Notes under the pieces: model-generated
What the model was told of the DNA's origin: nothing
Databases searched by the model: none
The model's input: the letters and a program-made list of their open reading frames with translations, nothing else
Assembly: GCA_018715425.1 (NCBI GenBank)
Contig: DVLR01000139.1
Coordinates: 1 to 38,173 of the forward strand
DNA length: 38,173 nt
Reading direction: 5' to 3'
DNA from: Candidatus Merdenecus merdavium
GTDB taxonomy: Bacteria; Bacillota; Clostridia; Lachnospirales; Lachnospiraceae
Made by a program: the position numbers and the translations under genes
Part shown: positions 34,825 through 38,173 of the stretch, one piece after another
Numbering within the stretch: the stretch's first letter is position 1
Layout: every line of letters starts with the position of its first letter

Positions 34825-36106
34825 CTACAGAACTTTTGAAATGGTATTGTATAAGGACGCAACAGTGAGTATAATACAGAATACATAGCAGACAACCATG
34901 CATGCTTGAAGGATTCTGGGCTGTTTTAATCCTCTATTAACATCTTTTCTGAAAATCATTCGACATATAAAGAAACCTGCAATAGGGGTGGAGATTCCAG
35001 TCAATACATTTGCGATAAATATCAATTGTGTTGGAGAACCACCGTAAAAAAAGCAAATAACAGCAGCGATTATAATTACGATCATAGCACTCCATTTTAT
35101 GCTTTTGTCTTCCAGTGAAGTAGGTCGATTAAATCCAGCATTTAACAGTACTACTGCTCTTTGTGTATTTCCTAATAGTGAGGAGAATCCAGCGGCTAAC
35201 AATGCAATTCCCATTATGTACTTTGCAGCATTTCCCATGATTGGAACCAACATTTCTGCTAATTGTGCTGGAGCAGAAATAGTGGTGCCAGTCGGATTGA
35301 GTACGATTGCTCCAACCAGCATTATAGCTATAGAAATGAGAACAACCCCAAGCACATGAACAATTGCATCAGTAAGCATAACACCATTGAACATATCTTC
35401 CTTTTTCCAATGTTTTTCTTTTCCAAGATAAGTGCCATAGATACCAGTAGTTACAGAAGCATGTGTACTCATAAATCCCAGTGAGGTTACGATACTGCCG
35501 ACTGGAAAAGTCCAGTGAATAAGACCTTTTCCAAGCTCGATAGGATTGGGACCACCAGTTCCAACCAGAGTAACATAAAAAGCAAAAAATCATGCCTAAG
35601 ATGCATAATGTTACACCTTTTTCAACTTTACTGTATACGCCTTTGGAAAAATAGCAATAGGTTAAAACGGCAATCATTAGTAAGGCACCTAGCTTCCAGT
35701 CAATATTGAAGAGGAGATTCATTCCAGCTCCAGTTCCAGAAATATTACCAATCGTAAAGAAGAAACAGGACATAAAGGTTGCTAAACTTACAAATTTGGC
35801 GGCAAACTTGCCATAGTAGTGCTCAATGGCGTGAATGGTTGGCATGCCTGTAAGAAGTGTGATGCGATAGGTGGTCATCATGTATACAATTCCCATAAAA
35901 ATAATTGGGATGTATAGCCAGACTAAGTCATACCCATATTTAGAACCAATCATTGCGGCAGTAGTAACTGCACCAGGTCCAATTACAACACCAGTCAGAA
36001 TTAACCCTGGTCCTACCCGCTTTAGTAGGGATAAAAAGGGTAGTTTTTCTATCTGCCCCTGATTGAATGTTTCAGCAGTTGTTTGTGTATTTTCTAAATC
36101 GGACAT
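34825..36106 (-). pseudogene. NRAMP-family metal transporter, frameshifted in a homopolymer
   Basis: It starts MSDLENTQ (SD AAAGGAGG). NRAMP-like TM1 reads GPGLILTGVVIGPGAVTTAAMIGSKYGYDLVWLY. The reading frame changes at the A6 run at 35584-35589 (..ILGMIF | AFYVTLVGTGGPNPIELGKG..). The span of 1282 nt is 3n+1. Confidence 0.8.
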
Positions 36107-36352
36107 AAAAATTTCCTCCTTTATTTTCGTTCTATTCTTACATACTGTGCACATACGTAGAAAATTGGTTTGAAACACTAATTAGGTTATATCATTCAAA
36201 TAAAGAATATGTCAATATATACAATAAGAGCTGCAATAATTTGCATAATTAGTTAAAATCACATAACTACATAGAGAAAGTGGTTTGTATTTTTGTTTGA
36301 TATGTGTTATAAAAGAAGTAATAAATAAACAATTATACATAAGGAGGGCGAA

Positions 36353-37351
36353 ATGGCTACTTTAAAAGATGTGGCAAAATTGGCTAATGTAGACATTAGC
36401 ACAGTCTCAAGGGCACTCAATAATACATCTTACGTTCATCCAGAAACAAAAAAACAGATCTTTAAGGCAGTCAAACAGCTAAGCTATAAGCCTAACTTGT
36501 TGGTAAAAGGTCTGAGGCAAGGAAAAAGACATAGCATTGGAGTAGTAGTACCCAGTATCAATCTGTCATTATTCGGAGAAGTGGTACAAGGCATTGAGAT
36601 TCAAGCCAGAGAGTTAGGATATAGTATCATGATCTGCCATACAAAAGATGATCCAGATGTAGAGGCAGAATGTTTAAATCGGCTAAGAAACGGATTAGTA
36701 GATGGAATATTGATTGCTGCCACAGGACAGAATTCAAGACTTTTGCGAGATATTAGAGTGGATGGTGTTTCTGTAATACAAATGGTAAGAAAGCAGGATA
36801 AAATATTTAGCAGCATCGTGTCAGATTTTTATGCATGTGCATATAAGGCGGTGAAATATTTGTACAAAAAGGAATGCAGAAATATAGGATTTATTAATGG
36901 ACCTCTTGATATCATACCTTATAAGGAAAGATATGCAGGATATAAAAAGGCCATGAAAGAATGCGGGTGCCAAGAATACGTAACAGAATCTGTGCTTCCG
37001 AAAAGAAACTATTTCAAAGATGGGTATGAAGGAGTGCAGCAGTTGTTTGAACAGAATCCCAATATTGACAGTATTATGGTTGCAGTGGATATTCAGGGAA
37101 TTGGTGTGATTCGCGCTTTGAAGGAACAGGGAATCAGGGTTTCTGAGCAGGTTAAAGTGATTAGTCTTACTGGTCATTCAATAGGAGGATTACTTGAGAC
37201 CACGATGACCTCGCTTGAAGTTCCAGCAAAAGAGATGGGAGAACAGGCGGCAAAAATGATTGTAGAGGAAATAGAAACCAGAGTTGATAAAGAATATCAA
37301 GTGCAACATGTAGTACTGAATGCTTCACTAATTGAACGTGAGACAACATAA
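36353..37351 (+). CDS. LacI-family transcriptional regulator
   Basis: 332 aa with an SD AAGGAGG. The N-terminal HTH reads ATLKDVAKLANVDISTVSRALNN, followed by a periplasmic-binding-fold C-domain. Confidence 0.92.
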   Translation: MATLKDVAKLANVDISTVSRALNNTSYVHPETKKQIFKAVKQLSYKPNLLVKGLRQGKRHSIGVVVPSINLSLFGEVVQGIEIQARELGYSIMICHTKDDPDVEAECLNRLRNGLVDGILIAATGQNSRLLRDIRVDGVSVIQMVRKQDKIFSSIVSDFYACAYKAVKYLYKKECRNIGFINGPLDIIPYKERYAGYKKAMKECGCQEYVTESVLPKRNYFKDGYEGVQQLFEQNPNIDSIMVAVDIQGIGVIRALKEQGIRVSEQVKVISLTGHSIGGLLETTMTSLEVPAKEMGEQAAKMIVEEIETRVDKEYQVQHVVLNASLIERETT

Positions 37352-37760
37352 TTAATAAGTTTAAAGTAATTCTACTTGTATTCCATTGGATAAAACCAAC
37401 TCGGTGTATTGAGAAGCGGCTTCCAACCGTTTCTCAATGCTAGATCACGGAACAGATTGATTTTATTGTCAGTTGTGATTTCTACGCGGTCATAAGTGTT
37501 TCCTGTGGTTGGGTGTCCAGTGGCTTCGTTCAACTGTATATCTTGACGGAACCATATTTTTGAGTTGTTTTTTATGGTTTTCTTTTCTTGTTTTCACTTC
37601 AGATATATTCTGGAAGAAAATTCAATATAAATCAAAATCCTCGATGTTTCAATCTGTTTGAGTTATTTAAAACTCTATTAGTATATCCCTTTATCTGTAA
37701 CATATAGTTTACACGCATTATAGTCAAAACTGGTTGAAAAATCAACAAATTAATAATATA

Positions 37761-37774
37761 TGCAAATGTTTGCA
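37761..37774. promoter_or_regulatory. LacI-type operator-like palindrome O1
   Basis: TGCAAATGTTTGCA has arms TGCAAA/TTTGCA. It lies 17 nt upstream of the -35 element. Confidence 0.45.
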
Positions 37775-37790
37775 GAACACTTCTGAATGA

Positions 37791-37819
37791 TTGACTGTAT
37801 TTTTTGTGCATGATATAAA
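37791..37819 (+). promoter_or_regulatory. Sigma-A type promoter of the DapA-family gene
   Basis: TTGACT (37791-37796), a 17-nt spacer, then TATAAA (37814-37819). Confidence 0.5.
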
Positions 37820-37832
37820 TAAAACATAACAT

Positions 37833-37844
37833 ACAAACGTTTGT
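37833..37844. promoter_or_regulatory. LacI-type operator-like palindrome O2
   Basis: ACAAACGTTTGT is a perfect 12-bp palindrome centred on CG. It starts 13 nt after the -10 element. Confidence 0.5.
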
Positions 37845-37913
37845 GCAAAAGAAGCAAATGCGCAGAGCTTCCTAAAAATTGAAATAATATGAAAGTATAA
37901 AGGAGAACATATC

Positions 37914-38173
37914 ATGGAAAAAGTCAAAAATTTTAAAACAATATTCCCAGCGGTTTCTGTGCCATTGAAAGAGGATTTTTCAATTAATGAAAAGGAGTTT
38001 CGTGCATATCTTCGTTGGATTAAATCCTTCTATGGCAAAGGAATCGAAGGGTTAGTGTGTAACGGTCATACTGGAGAGGTTACAGGTCTTTCACGTGCAG
38101 AACGTAAACGTGTTATAGAAATCTGCAATGAAGAGTGTGGGGATTTGATGACGATTATTTCAGGTTTAAATTG
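37914..38173 (+). CDS. DapA/N-acetylneuraminate-lyase family (class I aldolase) protein, 5' partial
   Basis: An SD AAAGGAG lies 8 nt upstream. The N-terminus reads ..FPAVSVPLKEDFSINEKEFRAYLRW....GIEGLVCNGHTGEVTGLSRAERKRVIE. The GxxGE plus LS..ER pattern is typical of the DHDPS family. The gene runs off the window. Confidence 0.85.
   Translation, partial: MEKVKNFKTIFPAVSVPLKEDFSINEKEFRAYLRWIKSFYGKGIEGLVCNGHTGEVTGLSRAERKRVIEICNEECGDLMTIISGLN

Noticed and set aside
34682-34888. A 68-aa plus-strand ORF bridging the GH43-like stop and the NRAMP-like 3' end.
   Set aside because: It runs straight through the 12-bp terminator hairpin (34761-34790) and overlaps both neighbouring genes, with no SD.
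37372-37593. A minus-strand open frame of 73 codons (..WFRQDIQLNEATGHPTTGNTYDRVEITTDNKINLFRDLALRNGWKPLLNTPSWFYPMEYK*) convergent with the LacI gene.
   Set aside because: It has no ATG or GTG start and no SD, and is bounded upstream by TGA. It could be a C-terminal gene remnant, but I cannot assign a family. blastx would decide.
1-38173. CRISPR arrays, rRNA genes, intact IS elements or transposases, and long tandem repeats.
   Set aside because: No regularly spaced direct repeats, rRNA-like conserved blocks or transposase-like ORFs were seen. Only short inverted repeats consistent with terminators were found.

Overview
This is a low-GC Firmicutes-type (Clostridia-like) chromosome segment, apparently origin-proximal. 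All family calls below come from motifs read by eye; no searches were run.

Layout, left to right:
- A perfect parS site, then parA-parB-DUF4446, T-box-controlled serS, a conserved hypothetical gene and tRNA-Arg(CCU).
- A decayed integrated island of about 5 kb directly 3' of the tRNA. It holds an integrase scar, an orphan small gene and an XRE fragment. Its only intact cargo is a translationally coupled pair of DUF262-family genes: one DUF262-only, one full GmrSD-like DUF262+DUF1524. No methyltransferase is nearby.
- A truncated LysR fragment, a MetE-like gene and an HD hydrolase, followed by more mobile-element debris (a Cys-rich KTR pseudogene and sigma-like fragments).
- A second defence-type cassette: an ABC/AAA_21-type ATPase coupled to a small TOPRIM/RloB-like gene that is split by an in-frame TAA.
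- A Bce-like response regulator / histidine kinase / ABC ATPase / FtsX permease module whose two promoters share an exact repeated motif.
- A glycoside-hydrolase locus of about 13 kb: GH78-like, frameshifted GH43-F5/8C, GH2, AraC, GPH symporter, GH3 and GH43-like.
- A frameshifted NRAMP-like transporter, a LacI regulator with operator-like palindromes, and the 5' end of a DapA-family gene.

No CRISPR array, rRNA or intact transposase or integrase was seen. The two defence-like cassettes (6913-10402 and 13604-15665) are the best candidates for an undescribed or poorly described system.
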